A DNA stretch of 64,000 nt from Patescibacteria group bacterium (lineage in GTDB: Bacteria; Patescibacteriota; Minisyncoccia; Phycocordibacterales; CAIRYW01). Where the stretch lies: assembly GCA_040389185.1 (NCBI GenBank), contig JAZKAJ010000007.1, positions 5,127 to 69,126 of the forward strand, in the 5' to 3' direction. The notes beneath the pieces were generated by a model, which made no database searches, had not been told where the DNA came from, and worked only from the letters and a program-made list of their open reading frames with translations. Positions 62,456 to 64,000 of the stretch are shown here, one piece after another. Positions within the stretch are counted from its first letter, which is position 1. Every line of letters begins with the position of its first letter. The translations under genes were made by a program, and so were the position numbers.

Positions 62456-62548
62456 CAAAGTATTTTTTGAAAAGACTTCGCAGGCGGGTAGCCGAGACCG
62501 AGCAAAAATTCAGCAGAATTTTATGCGTGCTTTTCAAAATGTACTTTG
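62456..62548 (-). repeat. 3'-UTR structured repeat family A, copy 3
   Basis: Minus strand AAAAGCACG-hairpin-CTCGGTCTCGGCTACCCGCCTGCGAAGTCTTTT. Confidence 0.8.
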
Positions 62549-62559
62549 CGGAGCTTTTT

Positions 62560-63999
62560 TCACCCCCATTCAATAGTAGAAGGTGGTTTATCTGAAACTC
62601 GATATGTTACAGCACCAACAGCTCGAACCTCATTTGTAATTCTTTGAGAAACTTTTCGAAGGAATTCATAAGGTAATTCTGCAAACTGCGCTGTAAATCC
62701 ATTCACACTCCAAACCGCCCAGAGAGCAACAACAACACCTTGTGATGCGTCATCACCCTTGGTACATGTGATCATTGAATTAGTTACTACCGCTCCAGCC
62801 TGCCAGACAGTTTCATATATTTTAGCTTTTCGAAGTTCTTCAACATAAATACCATCAATATGTCGTGCAATAAGGAGATTGTCTTTTGTAACCTCTCCTT
62901 CAATTCGAACAACAAGCCCAGGTCCTGGAAATGGATGGCGAACCAAAAGCTCCTCTCTGACCCCAATTGCTCTTCCGATATCTCTTGCCCCATCTTTGAC
63001 ACAATCAGCAAGTGGCATTAATTCAGGGACAGAAAAACCAAGATTAGTATTGTGATGAAGCTTGATCTGCGCTCGTCTTGCACCATCGTGTCCCACCCCA
63101 CTCTCTGAGAGATCAGTATAGAGAGTTCCTTGTGCAATAAATTCTGCACCAAACTCTTTTACTTCTTGTTCCAATACTTCCTTATACACCTCCCTCATTG
63201 CCAATCTCTTTTCTGGCATCATGATCTTACCCTTGAGAACATCAAGAAATTTTTCTGTTGCATCCACCACCTTAACCTGGAGCCACGATTCGTTTTCAAA
63301 ATTATCCAGAACACTTTTTTCATCGTCGGGTCGATCAATCCCTTTGATATATATAGCCATTACTTTACCACTTGTTTCTCCCAATGCTTTACGAATAAGT
63401 CCCGCAACAACTGATGAATCGCAACCGCCCGAAAGAGCAATGAGCACCTTTTTGTCTCCCACAGTTTCTTTTATTTCCTTTATTTTTCTTTCTGCAATAT
63501 TTTCCGCTGGAAATCTATCCTTTGCTTTACATATCTCGAAACAGAAATTCTCAAATATCTTTATTCCATTTTCACTCTCGGTTGTTTCTGGATGAAACTG
63601 TACACCATAAAGATTTTTATATTTAGCCGCAGAAACCGGAGCATCGTCTGTGGTGCCTAATACTTCGAATTTTTCATATGGTTCAATCCTGTCTCCATGA
63701 CTCTCAAGTACTTTGGTTGTCTCTCCAAATCCTTTAAAAAGTGAGTCATTATTTTGAATATGAAGTGTATGTACACCAAACTCCCTCTTATTGGCTCCCA
63801 CAACCGTAGCTCCTATATAGTGCGCCCATAATTGAAATCCGAGACAGACACCGAGCACAGGGATTTCTAGATCAAAAATTTTAGAATCAAATGGCACACC
63901 CCCTTCTTCATAAACAGATGCAGGTCCTCCAGAAAGAACAATTCCGATTGGATTAATTTTTTTAATGTCTTCCACAGTTAAAGATCGAGGGTCTGCCAC
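62560..63999 (-). CDS. guaA: GMP synthase (glutamine-hydrolysing), 5'-partial
   Basis: SGGPASV, GVCLG, QFHPE, SGGCDS, QGTLY.D, HPFPGPGL, KPPSTIEW. Confidence 0.95.
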   Translation of the reverse strand: MADPRSLTVEDIKKINPIGIVLSGGPASVYEEGGVPFDSKIFDLEIPVLGVCLGFQLWAHYIGATVVGANKREFGVHTLHIQNNDSLFKGFGETTKVLESHGDRIEPYEKFEVLGTTDDAPVSAAKYKNLYGVQFHPETTESENGIKIFENFCFEICKAKDRFPAENIAERKIKEIKETVGDKKVLIALSGGCDSSVVAGLIRKALGETSGKVMAIYIKGIDRPDDEKSVLDNFENESWLQVKVVDATEKFLDVLKGKIMMPEKRLAMREVYKEVLEQEVKEFGAEFIAQGTLYTDLSESGVGHDGARRAQIKLHHNTNLGFSVPELMPLADCVKDGARDIGRAIGVREELLVRHPFPGPGLVVRIEGEVTKDNLLIARHIDGIYVEELRKAKIYETVWQAGAVVTNSMITCTKGDDASQGVVVALWAVWSVNGFTAQFAELPYEFLRKVSQRITNEVRAVGAVTYRVSDKPPSTIEWG

Positions 64000-64000
64000 A

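Noticed and set aside
62364-62573. 69 aa ORF after guaA; likewise 20776-21027
   Set aside because: They read through structured repeats or a tRNA; no coding support

Overview
AT-rich bacterial chromosome segment using the standard code (TGA ends genes). It looks like a Patescibacteria/CPR (Parcubacteria-like) genome, inferred from domain-trimmed housekeeping proteins, apparent leaderless genes without Shine-Dalgarno sites, and secreted proteins of a type common in CPR. Housekeeping genes are mostly on the minus strand: dnaE 3' end, thrS, gyrB, pheS/pheT, rpsB-tsf, pyrG, ftsEX, prfB, rsmG, a DEAD-box helicase, zwf/gnd/pgl and guaA. There are also 3 tRNAs, surface/adhesin proteins, glycosyltransferases and many single plus-strand orphan ORFs. 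No CRISPR, rRNA, integrase or transposase was seen. The main observation is a family of five 99-192 nt non-coding elements bounded by inverted repeats (TCCCGTT...(C/T)GGG-ATG). Each ends exactly on the start codon of thrS, gyrB, pheS, rsmG or an FAD oxidoreductase. The copies show compensatory base changes, and two have duplicated ATG flanks. Other candidates are an ECF-sigma regulon (TTGTCA-N17-CGTC x3), a phospho-histidine cluster (three His-swivel proteins plus a divergent SixA-like phosphatase), an oriented 3'-UTR structured repeat, an antisense copy of a tRNA 3' end, an in-frame coding palindrome and an active/dead M14 peptidase pair. All calls are by eye and no searches were run.
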